Shown here: in pieces, positions 28,315 through 37,647 of the stretch
Position numbering within the stretch: the stretch's first letter is position 1
Layout of the letters: each line of letters begins with the position of its first letter
DNA from: a virus
Taxonomy: Duplodnaviria > Caudoviricetes
Reading direction: 5' to 3' (one strand)
Length of the DNA stretch: 47,725 nt
Virus record (IMG/VR): IMGVR_UViG_3300005613_000108
Coordinates: 1 to 47,725 of that record
The notes under the pieces: generated by a model
Told to the model about the DNA's origin: nothing
The model's database searches: none
What the model saw: only the letters and a program-made list of their open reading frames with translations
Translations under genes and position numbers: made by a program

Positions 28315-28679
28315 AAGTGTTGCCCGCCCCTTTCCGCCTTCGCTCTATCGATGGCCTGAGTAAGCGTTGTGCCGCACGTTCCCACGTATTGCGTGCCGTC
28401 TTTCCACCAAGCGTATTCGGTGAGCCCAGCAATGAAGGCGTAAAGAAACTTGTCTTTGAACTCGTCGCGGAGTGCGTCGATCTCATCAGCAGCATCGCAA
28501 CATAGCCGATGCCACACTTCTAGTTCCGCCACGGGAAACGGTGGCACCATGTTTCTCCACGAGTCGTCGCGTAGGCGTTTGGTGATGCTGCTACGGCGTT
28601 TCTTCGCCCGGCACTCGTCACATAGCAAGTCCGTGCCCGTTCGGTCGTTCACTACGCAGTTGACGCAGTTCGTGCTCAT
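28311..28679 (-). CDS. hypothetical protein with N-terminal CxxC...CxxC
   Basis: MSTNCVNC...LLCDEC; YAWWKDGTQYVG motif; ATGA overlaps. Confidence 0.6.
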   Translation of the reverse strand: MSTNCVNCVVNDRTGTDLLCDECRAKKRRSSITKRLRDDSWRNMVPPFPVAELEVWHRLCCDAADEIDALRDEFKDKFLYAFIAGLTEYAWWKDGTQYVGTCGTTLTQAIDRAKAERGGQHL

Positions 28680-28867
28680 CGCTTTTCCTTTGCGGCTCGT
28701 TGTACCCATTTGCGAAACCGAGATTTGCAGTTTTCGTTTTCTCTCTCGGACAGTAAGTCTCGCATAAACAAATGTGCCCGACACTCGTTCAGGAACTCCA
28801 GCATGTTTTTCGGCTGCGCTCCCTTCGGCGGCTTGGCGTTCGGGTCTGTCTTGCGGCCTGGAATCAT
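28676..28867 (-). CDS. small hypothetical protein
   Basis: ATGA overlaps on both sides. Confidence 0.5.
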   Translation of the reverse strand: MIPGRKTDPNAKPPKGAQPKNMLEFLNECRAHLFMRDLLSERENENCKSRFRKWVQRAAKEKR

Positions 28868-29058
28868 CGCGTTTCCCCCTCTCTGTACTCTGTCAGCCAT
28901 TCAATGAAACGCTCGCCGCCCTCAACTCCCCACCAATCGTGGAAAGCATAGGCGTGCTCGTCTGAATTAAATGACAGGAATACTTCATGGTTGTTAATTT
29001 TCCGCGTGATTTCCGAACGCTCGTCTGGCAGGTACTCTTCAGCTTCGCCGCGTTTCAT
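28864..29058 (-). CDS. small hypothetical protein
   Basis: RBS CAGGAG; tiles with neighbours. Confidence 0.55.
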   Translation of the reverse strand: MKRGEAEEYLPDERSEITRKINNHEVFLSFNSDEHAYAFHDWWGVEGGERFIEWLTEYREGETR

Positions 29059-29284
29059 AACCGTACTCCTGATATTTCAGCGGCCGCCCCAATTCCGACC
29101 GCAATGAGTTGACCTCCTGGCGCAGCAGGCGATTCTCCTGACACCCAATAGCTCGCGACTGGTGCGCGTAGCTGGACACCGATACCAACGCCACTTCCCG
29201 GCACACCGGACACTTGCGGACATTCTGGTAACGCTCCCCGGCGTCGTGATCGCAAACAGAGCAGACTTTACGGACGTATGGCAT
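29039..29284 (-). CDS. small zinc-finger protein
   Basis: RBS GGAGG; CSVC...CPVC followed by a short coiled coil. Confidence 0.55.
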   Translation of the reverse strand: MPYVRKVCSVCDHDAGERYQNVRKCPVCREVALVSVSSYAHQSRAIGCQENRLLRQEVNSLRSELGRPLKYQEYGYETRRS

Positions 29285-29324
29285 CGTTACACCTCCAGTC
29301 GTAGCGGGCCGAAAGTCGGAGTGT

Positions 29325-29486
29325 TCATTCGTCGTCAAACATCTCCAGGTAGTCGTCGTCGAGGTCTGTGGCCACAATATGGCCACATTCCAGGCACCGC
29401 CAGTTGCAGCCGCCAACGAACTCATCTGAGTACATGGGTCGGCTCTGGTTGCATCGCGGGCAGTATTCGTCGCTGATTTCGACCAT
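29325..29486 (-). CDS. small zinc-ribbon protein
   Basis: RBS AAGGAG; CPRC...CLECG with an acidic tail. Confidence 0.5.
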   Translation of the reverse strand: MVEISDEYCPRCNQSRPMYSDEFVGGCNWRCLECGHIVATDLDDDYLEMFDDE

Positions 29487-29535
29487 TAGTGCTCCTTGTG
29501 ATTGCAGTATATCGGTAACCGGCGGGTCGGGGTGG

Positions 29536-29733
29536 TCATTGCCGCGTCTCCGGCTTGCACGCCGCGTGTTCCCTCGCAAACTGCCTGAGGATCGACTGCC
29601 AATCAGTAGGCAGCAGCGGGTCCTCATACCACTCTGTCTTGCCGCAATGACGGCACTCGACAACGGAGTAGTTGACTGTTCGCGGTTCTGTTCTCGTCAC
29701 GCCACGGCTGGTTATGTGTGGGGGAAGGGTCAT
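29536..29733 (-). CDS. small hypothetical protein (CxxC...HxxC)
   Basis: CRHCG...EHAAC; ATGA overlap. Confidence 0.5.
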   Translation of the reverse strand: MTLPPHITSRGVTRTEPRTVNYSVVECRHCGKTEWYEDPLLPTDWQSILRQFAREHAACKPETRQ

Positions 29734-29927
29734 GTCGTTACCTCGCGTGGGCGTGGCCCGTTGAGGCTGCCCCTCGCTACCGTCCCTGGAGTAGCAAGGT
29801 GCCTCAACCGTCGCTTCGCTTCTTCTCGCACCGTCTTGGGCGTTCGCGAGTACTTGCCCTGGCAGAGGTCCAAGAGGAACCTTTCTACAAGTTCCTGCGC
29901 TCGTACTTCTTCCGCTTTCGTGGTCAT
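29730..29927 (-). CDS. small hypothetical protein
   Basis: MTTKAEEVRAQ...FLLDL...RTPK.VREEA...LRH; ATGA overlaps. Confidence 0.55.
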   Translation of the reverse strand: MTTKAEEVRAQELVERFLLDLCQGKYSRTPKTVREEAKRRLRHLATPGTVARGSLNGPRPREVTT

Positions 29928-30706
29928 GTTGTTACCTCGTAATTCGCCCACAAGCGCCCCTGCCGATCCTCTTCGGCGAAACGTCGATCCAGGTTGTGGA
30001 CACTCTTGCATTCGTGGAAGCCCAAGTTATGGCTCGAACAGACATCTTGCATTCTCAACATCCGCTGCCAGTAGTGCGGATAGTGCCGGCGTAGCGTCCG
30101 GCAATCGCCGAGCGCCTGTAGCGAACAGCAAAAGCACGACACGCGGCTGAAATGCTCGTACAGACCGCCCCAGGTGTAGCCGAGCTTGCGGCACCCCTCT
30201 ATCGCGTCGGCTTCCGTGACACCCGCCTCGATTAGCGGATAGCGCACTTTACCGGCCTCCTGCAATTTCTTCTGACTCTTGGTGTCGCACCGGTGGGCTT
30301 CGTCGGCGGCGAACCCGACGCACTGAATCCCGTTGGGGCACGCGCGGCGGGCGGCCACATCCAATCCCCGCGTTTTGATGTCCGTACACCATCGCCTGGT
30401 CGCCGAAGGCCAGCCGTAGCCGTGATAACGCACCTGGCCCTTCGTGATTCCCTCCTCGGGATAATCCTTGCTGGCCCGGATCGGCATGTGTGAGAATTGA
30501 AAATCGAACGGGATGGCTGGCTGAACCGGGATGACCCGCAAACCGGTCTTGGCTTCGACAAGTTCTCGGTGCGCATCCATTTCGTCAAACTCCCAACCGG
30601 TGCGAAACTCTATTACGGCCGCGACGTTTGCTCCGGCCTCTAATAGCAGGTGGAGCATGTAGGTGCTGTCCTTGCCGCCGGAATAGCTCACTACCAATTC
30701 CTCCAT
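29924..30706 (-). CDS. phosphoadenosine phosphosulfate (PAPS) reductase family protein
   Basis: PP-loop SYSGGKDS, TGWEF, RWCT..K, GFAADE, YPL, RVSCFCC. Confidence 0.9.
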   Translation of the reverse strand: MEELVVSYSGGKDSTYMLHLLLEAGANVAAVIEFRTGWEFDEMDAHRELVEAKTGLRVIPVQPAIPFDFQFSHMPIRASKDYPEEGITKGQVRYHGYGWPSATRRWCTDIKTRGLDVAARRACPNGIQCVGFAADEAHRCDTKSQKKLQEAGKVRYPLIEAGVTEADAIEGCRKLGYTWGGLYEHFSRVSCFCCSLQALGDCRTLRRHYPHYWQRMLRMQDVCSSHNLGFHECKSVHNLDRRFAEEDRQGRLWANYEVTT

Positions 30707-30763
30707 GCGTCACTTCACCTCGTAATTCGTCCAGAGTGATTCGGTTGTTTACGGGTCGTCGAT

Positions 30764-30973
30764 TCAGCTTTCACCTTCCCCTCCTTCCGCCGCGCTGGCG
30801 GCTTCAATCGTTGCGTCCGGGAAGTCCCGACACGCTCTCGCCGCGTCCAATGCAGCCGTCGCCGCCGATAGACGGGCGTATCGGGTGGCCGACTCGCGAA
30901 CCAAGGTTCGACCCGGGTCGCCGTCTTCATCACAGAGCCACACACCTGATTCAAGTGTCACGATGAATTGCAT
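30764..30973 (-). CDS. small hypothetical protein
   Basis: MQFIVTLESGVWL..EDGDPGRTL; RBS AAGGAG. Confidence 0.5.
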   Translation of the reverse strand: MQFIVTLESGVWLCDEDGDPGRTLVRESATRYARLSAATAALDAARACRDFPDATIEAASAAEGGEGES

Positions 30974-31062
30974 CCCTTTCTCTCCTTTCGCCGCGTTGGC
31001 GGCTTCTTTCCACTCGCCGATAGTCGGCAATCCTCGCGTTCCGTTCCGCGTCGGACTGGCGG

Positions 31063-31263
31063 TTAGTCGTCATTGGATTTCTCCTGTTCGTCCGCCCACC
31101 GTGCCAACCCGGCCGCAATCTCGCGAGCCACGGCAGGGGTCAGATTCCAGCAGTCGGCAGTAAAATTCACCATGCCACCACGCAGGCACATTTCGGCGTA
31201 GTTGGACGTTGCGTAACATTCGTACAGCACAATCTGGCGGTTACTCACTCGCATGGCAGACAT
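31063..31263 (-). CDS. small hypothetical protein
   Basis: RBS CAGGAG; LTPAVAREIAAGL.RWAD motif seen in small phage proteins. Confidence 0.5.
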   Translation of the reverse strand: MSAMRVSNRQIVLYECYATSNYAEMCLRGGMVNFTADCWNLTPAVAREIAAGLARWADEQEKSNDD

Positions 31264-31287
31264 CGCTTGGTCTCCTGTTCTTCCCGC

Positions 31288-31533
31288 TCAATCGTCATGG
31301 TCCACCCTGGCAGTCAGCTTGTACACAACCCCGTCGACTTCCGCCAGCAACTCCCCGCCATCACCAAAGTCACTGGAGCCGGTTAAGCCGACATCCAGCT
31401 TGGCCTTGACCAGCAACGGGCGAACGCACGTTTCGAGAAAACCGCGTGCCAATACGCCGTTGGCTTGTCGCCTACCGGCCCGCTCTAAATCCCGGCGACG
31501 CTCTGCCGCTGTTCTGTTGTCATCGAAAAACAT
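31288..31533 (-). CDS. small hypothetical protein
   Basis: ATG 31533 with RBS CAGGAG. Confidence 0.5.
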   Translation of the reverse strand: MFFDDNRTAAERRRDLERAGRRQANGVLARGFLETCVRPLLVKAKLDVGLTGSSDFGDGGELLAEVDGVVYKLTARVDHDD

Positions 31534-31547
31534 GGTTTGGTCTCCTG

Positions 31548-31877
31548 TTATTTGTGCTCCCAGATTGTCACGTAATCGTCGCCCGGCACTCCCGTGCAAC
31601 ACCAACGGAAGCAAACCCCACTTGGAATGGGCAAAAAGCTGTCGTCAGACAGCAATAGCTTGCCCTTCCAACCATACTCGTGGATCAGCCCGACCATGAT
31701 GCGATTGATCTGGTCCGCGTCTCCAAAGGTCCGGGCATCGAGCATCGTCCAGAGCCGTTCCAACTCATCGGCAGCCAGCCGACTCACCGCATGTCCGTTA
31801 CGTCGCAATGTATCGAGTATCTCGCGACGGATGCGAGGCTCGGTAATCACTTCTGCGCCAATTGGTAAGTCGAACAT
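31548..31877 (-). CDS. hypothetical protein
   Basis: RBS CAGGA; 109 aa. Confidence 0.5.
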   Translation of the reverse strand: MFDLPIGAEVITEPRIRREILDTLRRNGHAVSRLAADELERLWTMLDARTFGDADQINRIMVGLIHEYGWKGKLLLSDDSFLPIPSGVCFRWCCTGVPGDDYVTIWEHK

Positions 31878-31943
31878 GGTTTAGTTTCCTGTTTGGTTTG
31901 TGTCCACCCGCCGGCGTCTCCGTCCGCCGGCCGGGCCTCGCTC

Positions 31944-32471
31944 TCAACCCCGCTGGCCGTCCGTCGCGGGGCTCTCGGGGTGTTCCAATTCGGTCTCCAC
32001 CGTTACCCAAACGTGGAAACGCTCAGTGAACTCTTTCGTAACGTGCAAACACTGAACCTGCGAATCGTCTCGCCAGATCACGCCGGTCAGCGCGTCCTCG
32101 ACCGCCCGGGTGAGCTTCGATACGTCCGGTTTGGTTATTGGGTACTTTGGGGCTGATGGCTTTAAGACGTTCGCGTTACGCCCCGTGCCGTAATGGCTCT
32201 TGGGACGAGGGCGACCAAATGCGAGCGTCAACGTGACCGCACCAGTCAGGAGCGGGCCGCTGTAAACCTGGCTCGCGGCGTGGGCCACTTCTTGCCGCCA
32301 CTGGGCAAGGCGGGGATTGTCTTCGCGAATAGTTGTGAGGGTGCGGCCGTTCTTGACAATCGGTACACCACCCTTCCCGCGAATTACCTGTTCGACCTTT
32401 GACCCTTGGGTAGCCGGCTGGCCGACAACCTCAAAGCTGATAATTTCGCGGTCAATCGTTTCGGTGTTCAT
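31944..32471 (-). CDS. rusA: RusA-family Holliday junction resolvase
   Basis: GQPATQGSK, RPRPKSH, KPDVSKLTRAVEDALTGVIWRDDSQV. Confidence 0.92.
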   Translation of the reverse strand: MNTETIDREIISFEVVGQPATQGSKVEQVIRGKGGVPIVKNGRTLTTIREDNPRLAQWRQEVAHAASQVYSGPLLTGAVTLTLAFGRPRPKSHYGTGRNANVLKPSAPKYPITKPDVSKLTRAVEDALTGVIWRDDSQVQCLHVTKEFTERFHVWVTVETELEHPESPATDGQRG

Positions 32472-32884
32472 TCCGTGTTCTCCATGTACCGGTCCACGTC
32501 TGCCTCGGTAATTGCGCTGGGTTTCAGGCCGACCAATTCCCTGTATGCAACCAGGTCATAGTCTTGCGGCCGACTCCGCTTCAGTGCCGCCAATTGTCTC
32601 GCCTTCGGCCATGTCTTCCCGTCGTTCATCCGCTCATCGTGGCACCGGTAGCAAACCACCAGCACAGCATACCGCTTGTCGAGTGCCTTCTGCCGGTCTG
32701 CACCATTGGCTATCTCGTGGACGCTCAAGGTCCAAGCGATGTCACCAAGCCGAACCCGCCTCGGATCGTGCCCGCATATCTCGCACCGGCCGACCTCCTG
32801 GATAAGCCGGTCGCGGAACGGCTTGCACGCCCGGAAGCGGGCGGCGGTTTTTTTCGAGACGCGGCGTAGGCGGGTTCGCTTCAT
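32468..32884 (-). CDS. HNH-like zinc-binding nuclease (Ref/NinG-like)
   Basis: Basic N-terminus, CEICG, VHEI, VCYRCH. Confidence 0.65.
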   Translation of the reverse strand: MKRTRLRRVSKKTAARFRACKPFRDRLIQEVGRCEICGHDPRRVRLGDIAWTLSVHEIANGADRQKALDKRYAVLVVCYRCHDERMNDGKTWPKARQLAALKRSRPQDYDLVAYRELVGLKPSAITEADVDRYMENTE

Positions 32885-33465
32885 GGGCTCTCGCCTCTCT
32901 CACAACCGGGTGGGATTGTAGCCAGATCATAACGATGCTGAAGTTGGGCGAGTTCGGACCGCAGCCGCTCGACCTCGGCCGCTTGGCTGTCGCAGAGCAA
33001 CTGAAGGTCGGCGTTAAGCAAGTCCGACACTTCGATTCTCTGCCCACACTTGCTGCATGTTATCGTTGCGGTAGTCATTGGCTTTCGCTCCGGTCTAACG
33101 TACTCGGTTCCTGCCAATTGCGCAGCCCCAAACGCCACGCGATCCTCTTCGGTCCACGTCCCTTGCTTCATCTCCTGGTCGCGAATCATCTTGTAGGCTT
33201 CAAGGTAGTACGGTTCGTGCTCCCCGATCACCAGGAAGTTGCGGCCCTTTGCAACCATCTTCCACACTCGCGGATGGACGTGGTGACAATACGCATTCAG
33301 TTTGCTCACCTCGTCTTGTAGGTCTCGGACCTCGCCCTTCAGCCTGTCACGCTCGAAAGCCAATTGCCGAATGACACCATCGTTCACGTGGTCCCCCAGC
33401 TTAATCGCCTCGGCTACTTCCACTTCGAGAGCCGGGCGTGATACATCAAAACCGCTCGTTTTCAT
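32881..33465 (-). CDS. hypothetical coiled-coil protein
   Basis: ATGA overlaps; C-terminal CSKCG module. Confidence 0.55.
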   Translation of the reverse strand: MKTSGFDVSRPALEVEVAEAIKLGDHVNDGVIRQLAFERDRLKGEVRDLQDEVSKLNAYCHHVHPRVWKMVAKGRNFLVIGEHEPYYLEAYKMIRDQEMKQGTWTEEDRVAFGAAQLAGTEYVRPERKPMTTATITCSKCGQRIEVSDLLNADLQLLCDSQAAEVERLRSELAQLQHRYDLATIPPGCERGESP

Positions 33466-33716
33466 TGTTCACTCGCCTTTCTAAGGTCTTCCTCGGCTAG
33501 TAACCCACAATCCTCACACGCCCGGTATGACTGTCCGCCTTGCGGCGTATCAACCCAGACCGTGGCGAACCGGCGTGCCCCTAGCTTGTTTCCACAGAAC
33601 GAACACGGAAAGTTCTCCGCGACTGCCCCGACCCCTAAAGCTCCGTTCGACCATTTCATTGACAGCACATGAACGGGGTCGCGTGTCCAAGTACGCCTAC
33701 GCTTGGTCAGGCTCAT
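33462..33716 (-). CDS. small zinc-finger protein
   Basis: CSFCG...ACEDCG. Confidence 0.5.
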   Translation of the reverse strand: MSLTKRRRTWTRDPVHVLSMKWSNGALGVGAVAENFPCSFCGNKLGARRFATVWVDTPQGGQSYRACEDCGLLAEEDLRKASEQ

Positions 33717-33973
33717 TTGATTAGCCCCTCGTTTCTCTCCAGCAGCTTCTTGCCGCTCATATCATATGTGGCTATCCATCGGCACCACCCAAAGCACCGC
33801 CCCCGCACATCGGCCACGCTGCGGGGTGTCGTGCGATGATGCACGGCCACCAATTCGCCTGGCTTTCGCCGCTTGAAAAGGTGCCAGCACTCGCGCAACA
33901 CCTCGACCACCGAAAATGCCACGGTCCCCTTGCGGGAGAGCGTGAACTCGCCGCGGTCAGTCTTGACTAGCAT
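33713..33973 (-). CDS. small hypothetical protein
   Basis: Start MLVKTDRG with RBS AGGAGG (the ORF track over-extends it). Confidence 0.5.
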   Translation of the reverse strand: MLVKTDRGEFTLSRKGTVAFSVVEVLRECWHLFKRRKPGELVAVHHRTTPRSVADVRGRCFGWCRWIATYDMSGKKLLERNEGLIK

Positions 33974-34289
33974 CGGTTTCCTCCTGCCCACCGGACCGTC
34001 GCAAAACCATTTCCCACAACTCGCTTGTCGCAGGATAATCCAGGGCGTTAAGTGCGCACTCTTCGGCTGAACGGTCGCGAGGACACCCCAGTGCGATATA
34101 CGCCAGCGCCGCCTGGCACCGCTGGTAGTGCTCACACAGCACTTCGTACCCCGCCACCGTTCGCCCGCTAATCTCGCGTACCCGGTCCAGGTCGCCGCGA
34201 GACGGCAACGCCTGCCGCATCTTGCCGCCGTCAAGGGGTAGACTGTCGATTAGCTCCACGCCGTAGATCGGGCCGCGTTCACTCGCCAT
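33957..34289 (-). CDS. hypothetical protein
   Basis: RBS GGAGGAG; 110 aa. Confidence 0.55.
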   Translation of the reverse strand: MASERGPIYGVELIDSLPLDGGKMRQALPSRGDLDRVREISGRTVAGYEVLCEHYQRCQAALAYIALGCPRDRSAEECALNALDYPATSELWEMVLRRSGGQEETDASQD

Positions 34290-34415
34290 CGTACTCCTCC
34301 TGTTCGTGTGCCCTTCGTTCCGCCTCCGTAGCGGTCAAGTGCCAGTACCGACACGCCGAGCTACAGTCGCCGTGCCGGCGGCCTTGGCACCGCTCGCATT
34401 CGGCAAGGGCTTTGT

Positions 34416-34922
34416 CTATCTCGGCTTGTCGAGCCACTTTTCCCTCCACGCCCCCAACTCCCTCAGTATGCGTAATTCTTGCAGCGACCGGATCGTTCGT
34501 TCCACCGTGGCACCCGTGAACACCATGCTTCGGGTCGGTTGCCGCAGCGACACATCCGGGCAGTGGTCCGGCAGTAGATGTTTCCACGACCTCGGAAGCA
34601 TGATGGCCAGTGCTTCGTCGGCAACCACCTCGAACTTCGTGTCGTCGTGAGTGTCGAAAAGCTCCATCATCTTCACGCTCACATTCCGTTCGGCGTAGAC
34701 TTCCACACCCGGCTTCGGCCCCAACCGTCTGACAACCACCAACACCTTTGGCCGCGCTCGATATGCCTGTTCGCATTTCCGGCACCGTTCTTCCAGGGCT
34801 TCCTTGATGGTTTTTTCCGTCAACTCGCCAAGTAGCTTTTTTCCTTCCGCCGCCCCCTTGAGCCACGCCGCCAGTTTCGGCACGGTATCCGGTAAGACTG
34901 GACCTCTTCGCTTCCGTGTCAT
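34416..34922 (-). CDS. hypothetical protein
   Basis: Start MTRKRRG, RBS GGAG, ATGA overlap. Confidence 0.55.
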   Translation of the reverse strand: MTRKRRGPVLPDTVPKLAAWLKGAAEGKKLLGELTEKTIKEALEERCRKCEQAYRARPKVLVVVRRLGPKPGVEVYAERNVSVKMMELFDTHDDTKFEVVADEALAIMLPRSWKHLLPDHCPDVSLRQPTRSMVFTGATVERTIRSLQELRILRELGAWREKWLDKPR

Positions 34923-35166
34923 GGCATCTCCGTTTGCGCAGCTTCCCCTACCCGTCCACCCGCGTTTCGGGCCGCAGTGACTCGGCACTGCCGAGCCCCC
35001 TCACCCTGCTGGATCGACCTGTCCGATGCTACTCGGCCGTCCACTCCAACATGCCCCGCGACCCAAGCCGCGCGGTTGCCACCCTTGGACTGTGCTTTCG
35101 CCTCGGTCGCTTGGGGCGGTGGCGTAACCCTGTGCCGCTTCCAACCCGGCGGCGTCTGTCGCCGCC

Positions 35167-35445
35167 TCATCCAACAGATTGCTTGACCTCTTCCGCCGCC
35201 GCTTCCTCGACCGCCGCGTGGCCGCCGGTCGCGTCTGGGAGGTCCGGTTCCGGCTCGACTTCGATGGCTTCCAGCAGCCGCCGATACCGCTTGAGTTGTA
35301 GCCACTTGGCTTTTCGCAGTTCCGCCTTGTCGGCCTTGTACTTCTCGGCCAGGCGGTCGAGTTCGGCTTGGTAACGGCGTTCGGCTTCGTCCATTGCCGC
35401 CTTCACCATTGCGGGTGTTGTGTCCAGTGCGTCTTGTAAGATCAT
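35167..35445 (-). CDS. small coiled-coil protein
   Basis: Start MILQDAL with RBS CAGGAG. Confidence 0.55.
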   Translation of the reverse strand: MILQDALDTTPAMVKAAMDEAERRYQAELDRLAEKYKADKAELRKAKWLQLKRYRRLLEAIEVEPEPDLPDATGGHAAVEEAAAEEVKQSVG

Positions 35446-35459
35446 GGTTTTCTCCTGTC

Positions 35460-37049
35460 TTAGTATGGGGCCCCAGCAGTCTGCATTTCCTCGACTCTTA
35501 GGTAATTGCCGCCGTGCTCGCCATGCACAAACGGGTAGAGCATCGCTACTCGCCGGTTGGCATCGTCGGAGCCGTAGCGGATCATTTCGTATCGGTGCCC
35601 ACGAATCGTGACGGTTCGGGGTACGTGGTGTGGTGTGCCCTGCTTCTCGCACAGTCGCTTGAATATCCCCACGCATTGCCGCCACGTCCGGCCGGAACGC
35701 CCGGCCTTGTAAATCGCCGACACCATCAATTGCTCGGCGCTTTGGACATTGCCCTTCTTTTCTTCCCGCTTGACTTCCTTCAACTCCGAGCCGTCGAACT
35801 GTAGCCCCTGTGCGCGTCGCTCGCGTGGGGTTGGCTCGTAGCCGCAGTTCTTGCATCGCCCGCCTCTATAGATGGCATTACATCGGGGACACTCTATCGT
35901 TGGCCGTGCTCCGACTTCGCCGGGTTCCTTGGTCGTGATGTCGAGAGTCCAAGCCGGGTCGTCCTCGAAGAACCCGTGGCGTTTGATGTTTCCGCCATGG
36001 TCGAGAATAAGTACGTCCTTTTTCGCGGGATGTACCCGCGAGCCACGCCCGATCAACTGGCGATACCTCACCACCGACCCGACCGCCACGCACAGTTGCA
36101 CGCACCCGATTCGCGGAATGTCGGTGCCACGTTCAACCACCTGGACGTTGCAGAGGTAGTCGATTTTGTGGTTATTCAACCAACGGAAGATCATGCGCCG
36201 CTTCTCGTCTGGCGTCTCACCATCGACGTACTCGACCCGCAGCCCGGCCTCTGACAGTTCGGCCATGGCGTCCTTTGCATGGGACCGTCGCGGGAAGAAC
36301 CCAACTGTCGGTCGCCCATCGGCGTACTGTTTCCAGTCCCTAACCAGGTCGCCGGCCAGCCCGTCCATCGCCTCGGACACGGAACCCTTAGTGAACTCCC
36401 CGCCGCGTTTCACCAGCAGCCCGAGCTTACCCTCGGTCGCCCGGAAGTATCGGAAGGGGGCAAGGTAGTTGTTGTCGATGAGCCATTGCGTGGATGGCCC
36501 CTGGACGATTTCCTTGTAAACGTCGGCCAGCCCTTTGGCTTGCGGTGTCGCGGTGAGCCCGATCACGTAGGCGGGGTGTAGGCTGAGCTTCTCCCGCTGC
36601 GCGTCGTGGTACTTGAGAAACTTGGCAAACTTCGGATGGTGCGCGTGGGCCTCGTCCCAGACTATCAGATCAAACGTGATGTCTGATGGGTACTCGTTGT
36701 TTTCCACAAACCAACTCAGCATCGTGTCGATGGACGCTATCTGTATCCGCCGGCCGTATGCCGTGTCTCTGCCGGACATGATAACGCCATGCGGGACCGC
36801 CGGGTGTTCCTCGAATGATTCGATGGCGTTGTCAACCAGACCTCGGCGGTGAACCGTGAAGAGACTTCGCCCGGTTTGCCGCGCGGTTGGTTCCCTGTTG
36901 GCTGATGATCCCAGTATCCACTTGGCAGTGCGAGTCTTCCCCACGCCTGTCTGCGCACAGAGGATCACCCGCCCGTGCCGCGTCAATGCGGAGCGGGTCC
37001 GGTCGCGGAGGTCTTCCTGGTGCGGGTATAATTCAGGCAAGCTAATCAT
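35460..37049 (-). CDS. SF2 DEAD/DEAH helicase (RadD/YejH-like) with C-terminal zinc finger
   Basis: LYPHQ, TGVGKT, DEAH, GLTATP, RGTDIP, QLIGRGSR, CPRC...CKNCG. Confidence 0.92.
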   Translation of the reverse strand: MISLPELYPHQEDLRDRTRSALTRHGRVILCAQTGVGKTRTAKWILGSSANREPTARQTGRSLFTVHRRGLVDNAIESFEEHPAVPHGVIMSGRDTAYGRRIQIASIDTMLSWFVENNEYPSDITFDLIVWDEAHAHHPKFAKFLKYHDAQREKLSLHPAYVIGLTATPQAKGLADVYKEIVQGPSTQWLIDNNYLAPFRYFRATEGKLGLLVKRGGEFTKGSVSEAMDGLAGDLVRDWKQYADGRPTVGFFPRRSHAKDAMAELSEAGLRVEYVDGETPDEKRRMIFRWLNNHKIDYLCNVQVVERGTDIPRIGCVQLCVAVGSVVRYRQLIGRGSRVHPAKKDVLILDHGGNIKRHGFFEDDPAWTLDITTKEPGEVGARPTIECPRCNAIYRGGRCKNCGYEPTPRERRAQGLQFDGSELKEVKREEKKGNVQSAEQLMVSAIYKAGRSGRTWRQCVGIFKRLCEKQGTPHHVPRTVTIRGHRYEMIRYGSDDANRRVAMLYPFVHGEHGGNYLRVEEMQTAGAPY

Positions 37050-37647
37050 CGCTGCCGCCTTCACATAGGATGAAGTCACACTTCCATCGCTTCACGGTAG
37101 CAAACGGAATGACTGCAAATCGCTTGGCGTCTGTTTGGCCGTATTTCGCGCTGGTGCAGTCTTCGTACCAGTCGCGCGGGTTCGCCGCGTTGCTTCCCTG
37201 TTGGCCGTCACGCACAATCCGCAAGATATCATCCATACGAGCGATGCCGGCGTAGAGAAATGAGTCATAGCTACCCTTGGGTTGTCCAAAAAACGCTTGA
37301 ATAAACAGATGGGGGCGCACCCATCCTTGCACCGCGTGCTCCATCGCGTGCAGTCGCTTGGCTAGTTCGGTCTGCGAGACCGCCTTGCGGCCTATACGGA
37401 GCGTGAATGTGCGAAACCGCTTGTATAGGGGCCACTGACACCGGCTTGCAATCCCGCGAATCATGCTCTTGCTTTCAATTACGTGCCAGTGGTCAATGCC
37501 GCTATAGATGTCGAGAAACTCTTTGTCGGCTACGTTTTCCACCGGTACGATACTCCCGCCGCCAATAGCATGTGCCACTTGCGGCCACACGCCTTCCAGA
37601 AACGCGCGTTGCGTCTGGGCAATCGCTGCTGTTATGTTCTCAGGCAC
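37042..37647 (-). CDS. hypothetical protein, possible PD-(D/E)XK-type nuclease
   Basis: LD..SGIDHW...RGIASRCQW...TFTLR...TELAKR; translationally linked to the methylase gene. Confidence 0.45.
   Translation of the reverse strand: MPENITAAIAQTQRAFLEGVWPQVAHAIGGGSIVPVENVADKEFLDIYSGIDHWHVIESKSMIRGIASRCQWPLYKRFRTFTLRIGRKAVSQTELAKRLHAMEHAVQGWVRPHLFIQAFFGQPKGSYDSFLYAGIARMDDILRIVRDGQQGSNAANPRDWYEDCTSAKYGQTDAKRFAVIPFATVKRWKCDFILCEGGSDD

Noticed and set aside
29924-30706. Dnd/Ssp phosphorothioation system
   Set aside because: Only the PP-loop enzyme is present; no cysteine desulfurase or DndD/DndE neighbours (the SbcC-like ATPase is 10 kb away, coupled to YqaJ).
34919-35170. 83-aa ORF filling the gap with ATGA overlaps
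   Set aside because: Position is plausible but the composition looks non-coding-like; not supported enough to list.
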